From Bacteroidota bacterium (GTDB lineage: Bacteria > Bacteroidota > Bacteroidia > Bacteroidales > JACABE01), in assembly GCA_013377005.1 (NCBI GenBank), contig JACABE010000003.1, positions 5,036 through 69,035 of the forward strand: a stretch of DNA of 64,000 nucleotides, written 5' to 3'. Positions 1-10,000 of this stretch are shown here, piece after piece. The translations under genes and the position numbers were made by a program. Within the stretch, counting starts at the first letter, position 1; every line of letters starts with the position of its first letter. The notes under the pieces were generated by a model that was given only the letters and a program-made list of their open reading frames with translations, was not told where the DNA came from and ran no database searches.

Positions 1-1023
1 TTGGCTTTAATATATTGATGTGCATTTCTGAAGCGTTGATAAACATCCATTGGGCCTATTATTTCATGATCTTTGCCGGCTAAAAAAACAGAACGGGCAC
101 TTTGCAACATATCACTGTGCATACCATCAGTTCCTAACATTATTCGATTTCCTAAACCTTTTCCATCGAAATAACCTACTCTATTATTCAGATTACTTTC
201 CATGTTCTGAACCACCCAGGAGCGTGAGTTGGCAATAGTTTTCTTTTCTGTATCATTTAAAAACAGACAATGTCCGAGTATGGTTTTGTCGAAATTAAGT
301 ACTGCATGCTTTTGCATACGTTCAATTACACGCATACCATAACTGTCAATGCAATGCTCTTGGTCGTAATTATCTTCTGCTATGTGAATATGCAGACCAG
401 AATTATATTTTCGGGAAAGGTTTACTGCTCTTTGTAAGGTATCATTGCCAACCGTAAAAGAGGCATGTAAACCTACTAATCCTTGTTGTATTTGCAAATA
501 GCGTTCAGTTTCAGCTAATCCTTTAGCTGCTTTATCCAATCCATCTCTATCGGTAATTTCGTAACACAACAGATGCGAAACTCCAATTTTATCAAAAGCA
601 TCGGCAATAATTTGTAACGAATTATCAATTGCCATGGGTGAAGCATGGTGGTCGACGACGAAACTTACACCATTTTTAGCACAGGCAAGGGCAGTAGCCA
701 GTGCACTGGCTTGTATCATATCTTTATCCAAGCATTTATCCAATGTCCACCAGATGTATTGCAATACTTCGTAAAAGTTAACAGGATTTTTCTTAGGCGC
801 ACCCATTCCTCTTGCCAAAGCCGAATACACATGATGATGCCCGTTAGCAAAAGAATGCGTAACTAATTTGCCTTTGCAATCAATGGTTTCCGTTACAACT
901 AAATCGGCTGGTTTTTGATTGTAAAAATGAATATTCCCATTTAAACCTTCTTCAACAAGGATATCAGTTGTTGTAAATTCAAGTGTTTCGCTATTGATGT
1001 ATGTGCAATTTTTTAGATAAATC
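1..1023 (-). CDS. ssnA: SsnA-like amidohydrolase (chlorohydrolase/aminohydrolase superfamily), C-terminus cut by window edge
   Basis: Absent from the ORF track because there is no stop in the window. Hand translation from ATG at 1021-1023 gives MIYLKNCTYINSE..SFANGHHHVYSALARG..YIWWTLDKCLD..VVDHHASP..GLHIHIAEDNYDQ..QNMESNLNNRVGY..LGTDGMHSDM. The HxH metal motif, DHHASP, HIHxAED and SN(L/M)NNxVGY blocks are those I associate with SsnA-type amidohydrolases. Confidence 0.8.
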
Positions 1024-1039
1024 ATGGTTGTTGTTTTTG

Positions 1040-1047
1040 CAAATGTA
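1040..1047 (-). promoter_or_regulatory. Bacteroidota-type -7 promoter motif TACATTTG (TAnnTTTG) upstream of ssnA-like gene
   Basis: Forward caaatgta is TACATTTG on the minus strand, 17 nt upstream of the ATG at 1023. Confidence 0.4.
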
Positions 1048-1124
1048 TGAATTTTATGAATTGTATCGGCAGGATGCCGGTTATTTGGCATCGAAGCGAG
1101 ATGCTACGATTAACGAAAGCCACA

Positions 1125-1646
1125 TTAAATTCCGAGTTTATCTTTGCTTAATTCAACCCAATCATGTATAGCATTATGTAATTCTGCATCTTTAGAATTT
1201 AATTGCCAATAAAATGAATTAGAAGATGCAAAAGGTAATTTATCCATTTTCTTCAATATGGCTTCACATGCTTTGGTGTCTTTTTTCCATTCCTCCATTC
1301 TTAGTTTTGTCATTTGTCCTGATCTATAAGCAGCTAAATGTTTCATTAATTTTATCGCTATTTTAGATGCAGAATTATTATAGCTTACATAAGCAATAAC
1401 TGATATTTGCATCTTTTTAATAATTGATACATCTCTCTTCAATAAAGTATCATGAACATTTTCTGTTAAAACACATTTACTACCTTTGTAGTTTAATATC
1501 ATATCTTCAAAACTACCATTTTGAACTTTTGTTATTGATATTTTAAACTCATCAATAATAGGGTTTAAATCTGCATAACTACCTGTAATTTGACTTATTG
1601 AATTAAATGATAATCCAATAAATATTAATATTAAAAATCTTTTCAT
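1125..1646 (-). CDS. hypothetical secreted protein
   Basis: 173-aa ORF with a signal-peptide-like N-terminus MKRFLILIFIGLSFNSISQ. No family recognised. Confidence 0.55.
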   Translation of the reverse strand: MKRFLILIFIGLSFNSISQITGSYADLNPIIDEFKISITKVQNGSFEDMILNYKGSKCVLTENVHDTLLKRDVSIIKKMQISVIAYVSYNNSASKIAIKLMKHLAAYRSGQMTKLRMEEWKKDTKACEAILKKMDKLPFASSNSFYWQLNSKDAELHNAIHDWVELSKDKLGI

Positions 1647-1795
1647 TTTATATAAATATAAATTTTCTTACTCTTTTGGCTTTTCGGTTACTCCCCGTTT
1701 TATAATGGTTTCTGGACTCCAATATAATTGTGTTATTTACAATATGAATATAGAATTATTAAAGAATATCAAGAGAATACTAGATTTTCTTATCA

Positions 1796-2341
1796 TCAAA
1801 AGGAATGCTGAAATTCATTGGAAGCAAAATCAGCAAAATTATACTTCTTTTGTGTTAATTTTAATTTGAATTCACCTGATATGCATATTGTTGAGGGAAA
1901 TGACTCTATGCAGTTGTATTTACCTGAAACCTCATTAGTATTTCGATCAAATTTTACATTTGTTACGAAATTTGGTTTATTGTATGAAGTTGCACCTAAA
2001 CCACTTTTTATTCCTCTGAAACTATCTTCTAAATAACAAGTTAAGAAATAAAACCGAACACTCTCATCAGACAAAGAATTTCTATCAATACAAAAACCAA
2101 TAAATATTTCTTTTGGTTTTTGTATGCCATAAACCTTTATTACAATTTCATTATTCTCATTATTTACCGAAAACGAATTAAAGTACGGTTTGCGTTCAAC
2201 ATAACAGTTTGCAATGAAAGAATCATTTACTTCAATGTTATTTTCAGTTCTACCATTGATATTTACGGTAATATAACCGTTTTTTCTATTAAAATTCTTT
2301 CTTTTTTTGATTACTTTTGGTTTTGTTTTTGCCCTTATCAT
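1796..2341 (-). CDS. hypothetical protein (basic N-terminus, no family recognised)
   Basis: 181-aa ORF in a very AT-rich stretch. N-terminus MIRAKTKPKVIKKRKNFNRKNG is lysine-rich. No motifs recognised. Confidence 0.4.
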   Translation of the reverse strand: MIRAKTKPKVIKKRKNFNRKNGYITVNINGRTENNIEVNDSFIANCYVERKPYFNSFSVNNENNEIVIKVYGIQKPKEIFIGFCIDRNSLSDESVRFYFLTCYLEDSFRGIKSGLGATSYNKPNFVTNVKFDRNTNEVSGKYNCIESFPSTICISGEFKLKLTQKKYNFADFASNEFQHSF

Positions 2342-2415
2342 TTTTTAAAGTATTAAATTTTCGGCAAATGTATTAAGTCGGTTTTGTTTCCGAAAACCGT
2401 AGGTATAAAACTTTC

Positions 2416-2454
2416 AAAAAAAAATCACAGCATTGGTATATTGCTATGATTTTT
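2416..2454 (-). terminator. Rho-independent terminator after the 2480-3202 gene
   Basis: On the minus strand, a 13-bp stem (AAAAATCATAGCA / TGCTGTGATTTTT, one mismatch) with a 9-nt loop is followed by a T-run (forward A-run 2416-2424). Confidence 0.5.
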
Positions 2455-2479
2455 AAATTTGTAGGAGTTTTATTTTAGA

Positions 2480-3202
2480 TTATTCTTTAATATAACCATT
2501 ATCTATCATAAATTTTCTAATAACTTTTCCCATTTCTTCAAGCATTTCATCTTTCACGTCAGCACTTAATTGTCTAGTATGAATTACTAGTTTCTTTCTG
2601 TCTGGACTGTAATGCAAGAAAAACCAATTTCCTTTATTGTAAGGAAATTTACCCTCTTCATCTCCGCAATAGGTTACACCAAAAATATCATCAATTTCTC
2701 GTATGTTGTCATTATTTTGAAAGTAATCAGAACATGCCAATACTACTACTGGAAAATCTTGAATAAACTTTGAATTCTTGAAAAGTAACTTCCGTTGAAT
2801 TATACTACTTTTCTCAGCTTCTGATGTTCTTTTCATTGGAGCATCATTTATTTCAGTAGTAAATGTGTGTTTAAGAAAATCAACATAATAAGGTTCACTT
2901 TCTTTATCTCTAATAAAATCAGATAACTTTTGATATTTACTCCATGTGTTTTTTCCCCAACTTGCTCTTAAAGGATGATTATTATCTACAAAATATTCTA
3001 ATATTTCACAACTATTAGTATTTATATGAGTTGCCCAACTTTGAGCATTGCTGTCATACCAATTTCTTGCAATTGTGTTAGTTGAATGAATTGCAGATTC
3101 CTTACCAATAAAAAGGATATTTGCATTTGGATTTCCTGTTCCGATGTAAAATTGTTCTTTTACACCTTTTTCTACTAATTCTTTAAATTCTTTTGAATAC
3201 AT
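2480..3202 (-). CDS. hypothetical protein with degenerate uracil-DNA-glycosylase-superfamily-like blocks
   Basis: 240-aa ORF. N-terminal FYIGTGNPNANILFIGKESA resembles the family-4 UDG motif A (GEGNPxAxIMFVGEAPG) with the GEAPG core replaced by GKESA. C-terminal LVIHTRQLS resembles motif B (HPSxLS). The resemblance is weak and judged by eye only. Confidence 0.45.
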   Translation of the reverse strand: MYSKEFKELVEKGVKEQFYIGTGNPNANILFIGKESAIHSTNTIARNWYDSNAQSWATHINTNSCEILEYFVDNNHPLRASWGKNTWSKYQKLSDFIRDKESEPYYVDFLKHTFTTEINDAPMKRTSEAEKSSIIQRKLLFKNSKFIQDFPVVVLACSDYFQNNDNIREIDDIFGVTYCGDEEGKFPYNKGNWFFLHYSPDRKKLVIHTRQLSADVKDEMLEEMGKVIRKFMIDNGYIKE

Positions 3203-3312
3203 ATTTTCTGTTTTTAAATTGAGTAAGTAAAAGTAATAAAAATAGGATAAGCAATTAAATATGTAAAAGTTTTTTAGCTAGAACTTCATTCCAATTGAGG
3301 CTCTAGGTTTTT

Positions 3313-5874
3313 TTATTTAGATTGCTTCTTATTCAAAGGCAACTCAAACCTCTTCTTTCCATCAAAATCAGTAAATGCATTGGCAACGGCTGCTGCTGTG
3401 GGCACCAAACCAATTTCTCCTATGCCCTTTACTCCATAAGGTCCAACAGCATCGGCAACTTCAACACCTTTAACAATAATTTCGGGTGTTTCATGGGCAC
3501 GGAGTATGTTGCAATCTCTTAGTTTGGTACTTAATAAATAACCATCTTTCATGGGTAATTCTTCGCACAAAGCATAGCCTAAACCCATGTGAACGGCTCC
3601 TTGTATTTGTCCTTCAAACAGCATGGGGTTCATAATTTTTCCGGCATCATGGGCAGCAACTACTTTTTCAATTTCCCCATTTTCATCCAGCACTACCAAT
3701 TGTGCTGCATAACCATAAGAATAATGCGTAATAATCTCATCAACTTCTGCACCGGGTTTGGTGGTCCAGTCGCATTTCCATTCACCAAAATACTTTTTGC
3801 CTACTAATTGCTTTAACGCAAATTGTTTTAAATCCTCTTTCAATGGAATACAAGCATTGATAATTGCATTTCCCAATAAGGCAGTAGCTCTTGAGGATGT
3901 GGTCATTCCTGTTTTAATTTGAGCAGCAGAATCTACTTTTACTTCAATCAATTCGGGTAATATACCTGTTTCTTCACACAAGGTTTGCAAAGCCATGGTA
4001 TGCACACCTTGTCCCATTTCTGTCCAGCCATGTTGTATCAATACTTTTTCGGGAGAAATAATTTCGATAATTACATTGGAAAAATCAACCATTCCATTAC
4101 CAATACCACTGTTTTTAATACCTGTAGCAATGCCTTTAAACCTAGCTTTATCGTAATCTTCTTTCAGCGCTGATAAACATTCTCTGATGCCTACACTTTT
4201 TAGTTTTTGTCCGGTTGCAGTAGTAAGTCCGTCAACCAAAGCATTATCGTAACGGAATTGCCAGCGGTCGAAACCACCTTGATTGCACAAATCGTCAATA
4301 CAGCTTTCCAGTGCAAAAGCTACCTGATTGGCTCCGAATCCACGCATAGCCCCTGAAGGAATATTGTTGGTATAAATAGTTTTCGCTTCAATATCAGTAA
4401 CCGGAACAAAATATCCTCCGCATGCATGTCCAGCAACACGTTCCATTACTTTAGTGCCCACAGAAGCATAAGCACCACTATCGCCAATAGCTCTCAATTT
4501 AATGGCTGTAAGCTTGCCTTTTTCATCGCAGGCCAATTCCATATCCATAAAAACAGGATGACGTTTTGGGTGCATTATGATGGATTCTTCGCGTGAAAGT
4601 GATAGTTTTACAGGTTTTTTTAGCAAATAAGCAAATATACTCACGTGTCCTTGTACAGTCATGTCTTCTTTCCCACCAAAACCACCGCCATTGGGAACTA
4701 AAATTACCCTCACTTTATCTTCCGGTAAGCCCAATATCATTGCTATTTGTCTGCGGTCCTCGTATACACCCTGACTTTGACAAATTAATTCAATACCATC
4801 TTCAGCAGGATAGGCTATGGCAGCTTCTGTTTCGAGAAAAGCATGTTCTATTCGTTGGGTCTGGTATTTCCCTTTTGAAACAAACTTGGCATAGGCAATT
4901 GTTTCATCGGCATTTCCTCTTTTAATAATACAATTGTCCAATAAATTAATGTGATTGTCGTGTACTTGAGGAGAACCGAGCTCTAAAGCTTTAATAGCAT
5001 CAGTTATGGGTTCGTAAACTTCATATTCAATTTCAATCAATTTAGCTGCTAAACGTGCATGCTCTTCTGTGTCGGCTACAACAGCTGCTACTACATCACC
5101 AATGTAATGCGTAGTTTCGTTTTCGGCTATCATTACCGACCAATCGTTGTAAATAAGACCAATTTTGGAAGCAGCAGGAATATCTTTGGATGTGAATACA
5201 CGTATAACGCCAACAGCAGATTCGGCTTTATCAGTATTGATTCTTAAAACTTTTGCCCGTGGATAATCGCTAAAACGCAAAGCTGCATGCAACATTCCGT
5301 CAATCTTGATGTCGTTTACAAAGTTTCTTTCGCCAATGGCTGTTTCGTAAGAGTTATATTTAGGGTAAGCAGTTCCAACTTTTCCGTTTTGAGGCAATAA
5401 TTCAATTTCTTTCTTGGCTTTTAAATGTTCTGCAGCATATTCAATAGCTTCTTCTATCTTTTTATAGCCGGTGCAGCGACAAAGATTTAATTTCAGTGCA
5501 TTCCGAATTTCATCTATAGTAGGAGAGGGGTTTTCCTGTAAAAGGATTTTTGCCCGAATCATAAAACCAGGTGTGCAGAAGCCACATTGTACCGCACCTT
5601 TTTCAACAAAGGCTTTACCTAATGTCTCTTTGATATATTGAGGAAAGCCCTCCATAGTATAAACTATTGTATCCTCAAGATTTCTCATTTTAGTAGTACA
5701 AGCCAGGCGTGGTTTTCCGTTGATTTCAACCATGCAAGCACCACAAGCAGCCTGAGCAGAACATCCGTCTTTGACGGAAGTTATATTTAGGTCGTTTCTA
5801 AGGAATTTTAGCAAACTTAACGCGCCATCTCCCTGAAAAACAATTTTATTATCGTTTAAAGTAAAGTTTATCAT
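3313..5874 (-). CDS. molybdenum hydroxylase, aldehyde oxidoreductase (D. gigas MOP)/XdhD-like, fused 2x[2Fe-2S] + MoCo-binding domains; candidate selenium-dependent molybdenum hydroxylase
   Basis: The N-terminus carries both [2Fe-2S] Cys clusters (GCSAQAACGACMVEING..ACTT and CGFCTPGF..CRCTGY). It also has the XDH/AOR block NGGGFGGKEDM and a long MoCo domain. The start is moved to MINFTLNDNK (ATG 5872-5874) because the track extension to 5925 runs through a TAnnTTTG promoter motif. Confidence 0.85.
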   Translation of the reverse strand: MINFTLNDNKIVFQGDGALSLLKFLRNDLNITSVKDGCSAQAACGACMVEINGKPRLACTTKMRNLEDTIVYTMEGFPQYIKETLGKAFVEKGAVQCGFCTPGFMIRAKILLQENPSPTIDEIRNALKLNLCRCTGYKKIEEAIEYAAEHLKAKKEIELLPQNGKVGTAYPKYNSYETAIGERNFVNDIKIDGMLHAALRFSDYPRAKVLRINTDKAESAVGVIRVFTSKDIPAASKIGLIYNDWSVMIAENETTHYIGDVVAAVVADTEEHARLAAKLIEIEYEVYEPITDAIKALELGSPQVHDNHINLLDNCIIKRGNADETIAYAKFVSKGKYQTQRIEHAFLETEAAIAYPAEDGIELICQSQGVYEDRRQIAMILGLPEDKVRVILVPNGGGFGGKEDMTVQGHVSIFAYLLKKPVKLSLSREESIIMHPKRHPVFMDMELACDEKGKLTAIKLRAIGDSGAYASVGTKVMERVAGHACGGYFVPVTDIEAKTIYTNNIPSGAMRGFGANQVAFALESCIDDLCNQGGFDRWQFRYDNALVDGLTTATGQKLKSVGIRECLSALKEDYDKARFKGIATGIKNSGIGNGMVDFSNVIIEIISPEKVLIQHGWTEMGQGVHTMALQTLCEETGILPELIEVKVDSAAQIKTGMTTSSRATALLGNAIINACIPLKEDLKQFALKQLVGKKYFGEWKCDWTTKPGAEVDEIITHYSYGYAAQLVVLDENGEIEKVVAAHDAGKIMNPMLFEGQIQGAVHMGLGYALCEELPMKDGYLLSTKLRDCNILRAHETPEIIVKGVEVADAVGPYGVKGIGEIGLVPTAAAVANAFTDFDGKKRFELPLNKKQSK

Positions 5875-5888
5875 TGTGCATTTTTTTG

Positions 5889-5896
5889 CAAATTTA
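5889..5896 (-). promoter_or_regulatory. TAAATTTG promoter motif for the Mo-hydroxylase gene
   Basis: Forward caaattta is TAAATTTG on the minus strand, 15 nt upstream of ATG 5874, which implies a very short leader. Confidence 0.4.
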
Positions 5897-6003
5897 ATAA
5901 AAACTAAGATAATTTCCTTATTCACAATTTTTTGTTTAAACCTATTTAATAGAAGCCATAAACTATCGATCTTTTTAAATTTTGATAATAGAGTTTATAT
6001 TTT

Positions 6004-6011
6004 TAATTTTG
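6004..6011 (+). promoter_or_regulatory. TAATTTTG promoter motif for mtgA
   Basis: Matches TAnnTTTG, 20 nt upstream of ATG 6031, and is divergent from the hydroxylase promoter. Confidence 0.4.
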
Positions 6012-6030
6012 CTCCAAATTACAGTATCCA

Positions 6031-6729
6031 ATGGCAAAGAACAAATTCAGCTTTTCTACACTTTTAGTTTTTATCAAACGAATGATGATATTCTTTTTTG
6101 CCTCTACTCTGTTAGTTGTACTGTTATTTATATATTTTAATCCGCCATTAACTCCGCTTATGCTGGTGAGATGTGTCGGGAACATGCTCTCAGCTGAAAC
6201 CCCTGAAATACAGAAAAGATGGATTCCTATTGATTCTATTTCACCTAATCTGATACAGGCAGTCATTGCATCTGAAGACAACAATTTTCAGGATCATTGG
6301 GGTTTCGATTTTGAAGCTATAAAAAAAGCAAGCAAACTCAACGAAAAAGGAGGAAGAATGAGAGGAGCTTCTACCATTTCGCAACAAACTGCCAAAAATG
6401 TCTTTCTCTGGCCTGATCGCACATGGGTACGCAAGGGATTTGAAGTGTATTTTACATGTATGATTGAAGTTTGTTGGAGTAAAAAACGCATTATGGAAGT
6501 GTATCTGAACGTAATTGAAATGGGTGAAGGTATTTACGGAGCAGAAATGGCTGCCCAAACATTTTTTCATAAATCGGCTAAAAACCTCAATCGCAATGAA
6601 GCAGCTCTTATCGCAGCTGTTCTTCCTAACCCAAGAAAATGGCATCCCGATACACCAACTGCTTATATAAAAAATAAACAGCAAAAAATTTTACAGGCAA
6701 TGATTAAAGTAGGAAAAGTAGAGTTTTAA
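6031..6729 (+). CDS. mtgA: monofunctional biosynthetic peptidoglycan transglycosylase
   Basis: GT51 motifs ASEDNNFQDHWGFD and RGASTISQQTAKN, an N-terminal membrane anchor, and a 232-aa size typical of MtgA. Confidence 0.9.
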   Translation: MAKNKFSFSTLLVFIKRMMIFFFASTLLVVLLFIYFNPPLTPLMLVRCVGNMLSAETPEIQKRWIPIDSISPNLIQAVIASEDNNFQDHWGFDFEAIKKASKLNEKGGRMRGASTISQQTAKNVFLWPDRTWVRKGFEVYFTCMIEVCWSKKRIMEVYLNVIEMGEGIYGAEMAAQTFFHKSAKNLNRNEAALIAAVLPNPRKWHPDTPTAYIKNKQQKILQAMIKVGKVEF

Positions 6730-6839
6730 AATGAAATACTAAAATTTTTCACAGTCTGTTTTCTTATTGTCGATAATAGTAGTTATTCTGATTTTTTAAT
6801 AAAATCATCATATTATTTAAAAATTACCAAATCAAAAAA

Positions 6840-7517
6840 TTAATCTCCCAACATTTCAGGACGTCTTTGTCTGGTTCTTTCAACAGATAGCTCGTGTTTC
6901 CATTCATTGATTAATTTTTCGTTGCCACTTAATAAAATATCAGGAACTTTCCAGCCTTTGAAATCAGCAGGACGTGTATAAACAGGGGGAGAGACTAAAT
7001 CATCCTGAAAGGAATCGGATAAAGCAGAAGTTTCGTCATTCAATACACCTGGCATTAAACGAACTAATGCATCTGTTATTACAGCAGCAGCTAGCTCTCC
7101 TCCGGATAATACATAGTTGCCGATGGATATTTCGGAAGTAATATAATGTTCTCTTATTCTTTCATCAATGCCTTTGTAATGTCCGCATAAAATAATAATG
7201 TTCTTTAGCAAAGATAAATTATTGGCGATTTTCTGGTTTAGCAATACTCCATCGGGGCTGGTATAGATGACTTCATCATAGTTTCGTTCCGATTTTAATT
7301 TATCGATACACAATGCTACAGGTTCTATCATCATCACCATGCCGGCACCTCCGGCAAAAGGTGCATCATCAATATTATTATGTTTATTAGTGGAAAAATC
7401 CCTCAACTGGTGCAGATGAATTTCTACATGCCCTTTTTGTTGGGCTCTTTTTACAATGGAATGGTTAAAAGGACCGTTAAACATTTCGGGAAATATGGTG
7501 ATAATATCTATACGCAT
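6840..7517 (-). CDS. trmD: tRNA (guanine37-N1)-methyltransferase
   Basis: [14 protein letters not shown]-terminus, [10 protein letters not shown] and [14 protein letters not shown] blocks, 225 aa. Confidence 0.92.
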   Translation of the reverse strand: MRIDIITIFPEMFNGPFNHSIVKRAQQKGHVEIHLHQLRDFSTNKHNNIDDAPFAGGAGMVMMIEPVALCIDKLKSERNYDEVIYTSPDGVLLNQKIANNLSLLKNIIILCGHYKGIDERIREHYITSEISIGNYVLSGGELAAAVITDALVRLMPGVLNDETSALSDSFQDDLVSPPVYTRPADFKGWKVPDILLSGNEKLINEWKHELSVERTRQRRPEMLGD

Positions 7518-7714
7518 GGGGGTTGGTTATTTAAATATAAATTATTTCAATTAACGTTTGGTATATTCAGTGTTATCTGCTTCCCAATAAATTTCGCTAG
7601 CAAAATTAGTAAAATCTGATGATTTTTTCTAATTGGGTTTATAAAACAATTAAGTCATAGGATAAGCTATCTATATTTTTCTTTAAAAAATATTTCTGTT
7701 TCTGATATTTTTTA

Positions 7715-7722
7715 TAAATTTG
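7715..7722 (+). promoter_or_regulatory. TAAATTTG promoter-like motif upstream of the esterase gene
   Basis: Exact TAnnTTTG, but 177 nt upstream of ATG 7899, so a long leader would be needed. Confidence 0.3.
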
Positions 7723-7898
7723 CGAGGTAATTTAATAAATTTATAAGAAATATAATGTTAGTAAACTATAAATTATGAAGATATTTTATTGCAATTAGAG
7801 TTTTGAAAAATGCAACGATACAGCGAAAATATATTTTAAACCATATAGTTATATACATCAAACATTTTAAACTATTCACAATATCCAATGGAGCGATT

Positions 7899-9791
7899 AT
7901 GAAAACCAAAATTTTACTTTTAGTCTTTATTGCATTGTTTGCTTTTAAATCAAATGCACAAATTACCGGAAGCTTTAGCAGTACAGTATTATTTAATAGT
8001 CAAAGCAGGGCTATATCCTGTTATGTTCCTACAAATTACGATTCAACGGCAACTTATCAGTTAATGATTTGCCTACATGGAATGGGTGATAATAGCGATA
8101 ATTACAGAAATGCATTAATCAATTCTTTAAGCTGGAATACTGTATTTCCTAATACAATTTTTATATGTCCTGATGGAGGCGATGATCAGAATTCAGATTT
8201 TTCAGTTCCTGTAGGTGACGAAGAAATAATTCAGAAAAGTATTGATTTTGCCAAACAAAATTATAAAATAGACACGAATAAAATAATATTGCAAGGCTTT
8301 TCATTAGGTGGTAGAAGTGCTTTAAAATATGGATTGGATAATCCGAAGAAATTTAAAGGCTTATTATTAAATACACCTGCCGTTCAAGGATTGGACGATG
8401 CACTGAATTTATTGCCTACAGGTGCATATTATAATTATACCAATCCAACAAAAGTGCCCATCTATATTACCTATGGTGCAAATGACGATATTTATCAATA
8501 TTCGACTGAGAAAATACTTGATATTCTAATAATGAACAATTCAATAGTAAAATTAACAACAGTTGCCGGTGTTGGTCATACCATACCTAACAGTACTTTT
8601 ACCGCTCCATGTATCCCTTTCTTCAACAATCCATATTCGGCACCCTACGATTTGGAAATTTATAAAATTGAAATGCCCGAACCTAACTGTGATACTACTT
8701 TTTTTCCTAATATCTATGTCAGAAACTTAGGTAGCGATACTGTTTATAATTTTTCTACAATTGGTAAATTAGATGGTAATTTTCAATTCACTACAGTCCA
8801 TATAGGAACTCTTGCACCTTATCATACAGTCCATGTAGGAACATTTTTACATACACAATCAGGAATTCACATATTGGAAGATAGCATTATGGAAATCAAT
8901 GGAAACAAAATAGATTCCATTACTTCAAATAATAAGTTATCTAAATCTTTTACCATTGAGAATACCGGCAAAGCGTTTCCTCTTTCCGAAGGTTTTGAAG
9001 GGAACTCCGACTATTGGAGTTTCCCAAAAACAGGAAGTATGTTTGAATGGTATCAGGATGATCAGGTATTTCGAACAGGAGCTGCTTCGATAGGTGCTTT
9101 GAATACTATTTTACTGTTTTATACCAATGGTGATGTAGAAAGCTTTTTATCACCTGTAATGGATCTTACATCGGTTTCGAATCCCAAATTGACATTTGAT
9201 TATGCATACAACTATCATAAATATACCCCGCCTTATTTTACCAGTGATGTTGTTTTTGCTGATACATTGGCCATTTCAATCTCTACAGATTGTGGAGCTA
9301 ATTATACAACCTTGTTTAAAAAAGGAGGAGCCGACCTTGCAACAGATAGCGTTCCTATTTTGAATCCACTGACTGTGGATGCCTGCTTTTTCATTCCTAC
9401 TGCCAATCAATGGAAAAATAAAGTAATAGATTTAAGTAATTATACTAACGAACAAAATGCAATTATTAAGTTCAGTTATATTTCAAATCAAGGTGGTTGC
9501 ATTAATATCGACAATATAAACTTTACAAATATTGTAAATATTAGCGAAAAAGATGTTGCAAACGATGTGAGTATCTATCCCAACCCTGCTACTGATAATG
9601 TTTACATTCAATATACAGCCACTGAAAATGCAAAAATGAAACTATATAACCTATTAGGGTCTTGTGTTATGCAAGGTGATTTGCATAGTGGTACAAATAC
9701 GATAGATGTCAATCATCTTGCAAAAGGAGTTTATACAATTGAGATAACAGGAGAAAACTGGGCAGTGAAAAAGAAATTAATGAAAGAGTAA
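7899..9791 (+). CDS. secreted alpha/beta-hydrolase (esterase) with T9SS C-terminal sorting domain
   Basis: Signal peptide MKTKILLLVFIALFAFKSNAQ and nucleophile elbow GFSLGG. The C-terminal ~80 aa (VSIYPNPATDNVYIQY..GVYTIEI..KKKLMKE) look like a Por/T9SS secretion tail. The start is moved from the TTG at 7803 to the ATG at 7899. Confidence 0.75.
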   Translation: MKTKILLLVFIALFAFKSNAQITGSFSSTVLFNSQSRAISCYVPTNYDSTATYQLMICLHGMGDNSDNYRNALINSLSWNTVFPNTIFICPDGGDDQNSDFSVPVGDEEIIQKSIDFAKQNYKIDTNKIILQGFSLGGRSALKYGLDNPKKFKGLLLNTPAVQGLDDALNLLPTGAYYNYTNPTKVPIYITYGANDDIYQYSTEKILDILIMNNSIVKLTTVAGVGHTIPNSTFTAPCIPFFNNPYSAPYDLEIYKIEMPEPNCDTTFFPNIYVRNLGSDTVYNFSTIGKLDGNFQFTTVHIGTLAPYHTVHVGTFLHTQSGIHILEDSIMEINGNKIDSITSNNKLSKSFTIENTGKAFPLSEGFEGNSDYWSFPKTGSMFEWYQDDQVFRTGAASIGALNTILLFYTNGDVESFLSPVMDLTSVSNPKLTFDYAYNYHKYTPPYFTSDVVFADTLAISISTDCGANYTTLFKKGGADLATDSVPILNPLTVDACFFIPTANQWKNKVIDLSNYTNEQNAIIKFSYISNQGGCINIDNINFTNIVNISEKDVANDVSIYPNPATDNVYIQYTATENAKMKLYNLLGSCVMQGDLHSGTNTIDVNHLAKGVYTIEITGENWAVKKKLMKE

Positions 9792-9920
9792 TGATTGTTT
9801 TGAATGTAAAAAAGTTTGTCCTGTATTGATGTCGGTTATTACATTACGACACTTTTAATAATTTTACCTTTTTCAGCATAAATGTACGAAACAATTACGT
9901 AAATTTATGATACAACACGA

Positions 9921-9928
9921 TATATTTG
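9921..9928 (+). promoter_or_regulatory. TATATTTG promoter-like motif upstream of the 21-bp repeat array
   Basis: Exact TAnnTTTG, about 75 nt upstream of the first repeat unit. It would put the whole array into a transcript leading to the 10369 gene. Confidence 0.3.
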
Positions 9929-10000
9929 CCTGAAAGCCTAAGGGAATACATAGATTTTTACTTTAAATTTTGAATGACGAGCCTAAAATTGTTAGGTTTG

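Noticed and set aside
1055-1110. GC-rich pair of mutually exclusive hairpins (GATGCC/GGCATC and GCATC/GATGC) that looked like a riboswitch or attenuator for ssnA
   Set aside because: They lie upstream of the ssnA TAnnTTTG motif (1040-1047), so they are probably not in its leader. They are more simply the 3' structure of the 1125-1646 gene. No known riboswitch consensus recognised.
3322-5247. Several 60-110-aa plus-strand ORFs inside the Mo-hydroxylase gene, and similar antisense ORFs inside asnB, ygfK, dcp and others
   Set aside because: All are antisense shadows of long genes with strong motif support. None has recognisable motifs.
5875-5925. 17-aa N-terminal extension of the Mo-hydroxylase ORF (MNKEIILVFIKFAKKCT)
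   Set aside because: It overlaps a TAAATTTG promoter motif, and the [2Fe-2S] domain begins naturally at MINFTLNDNK.
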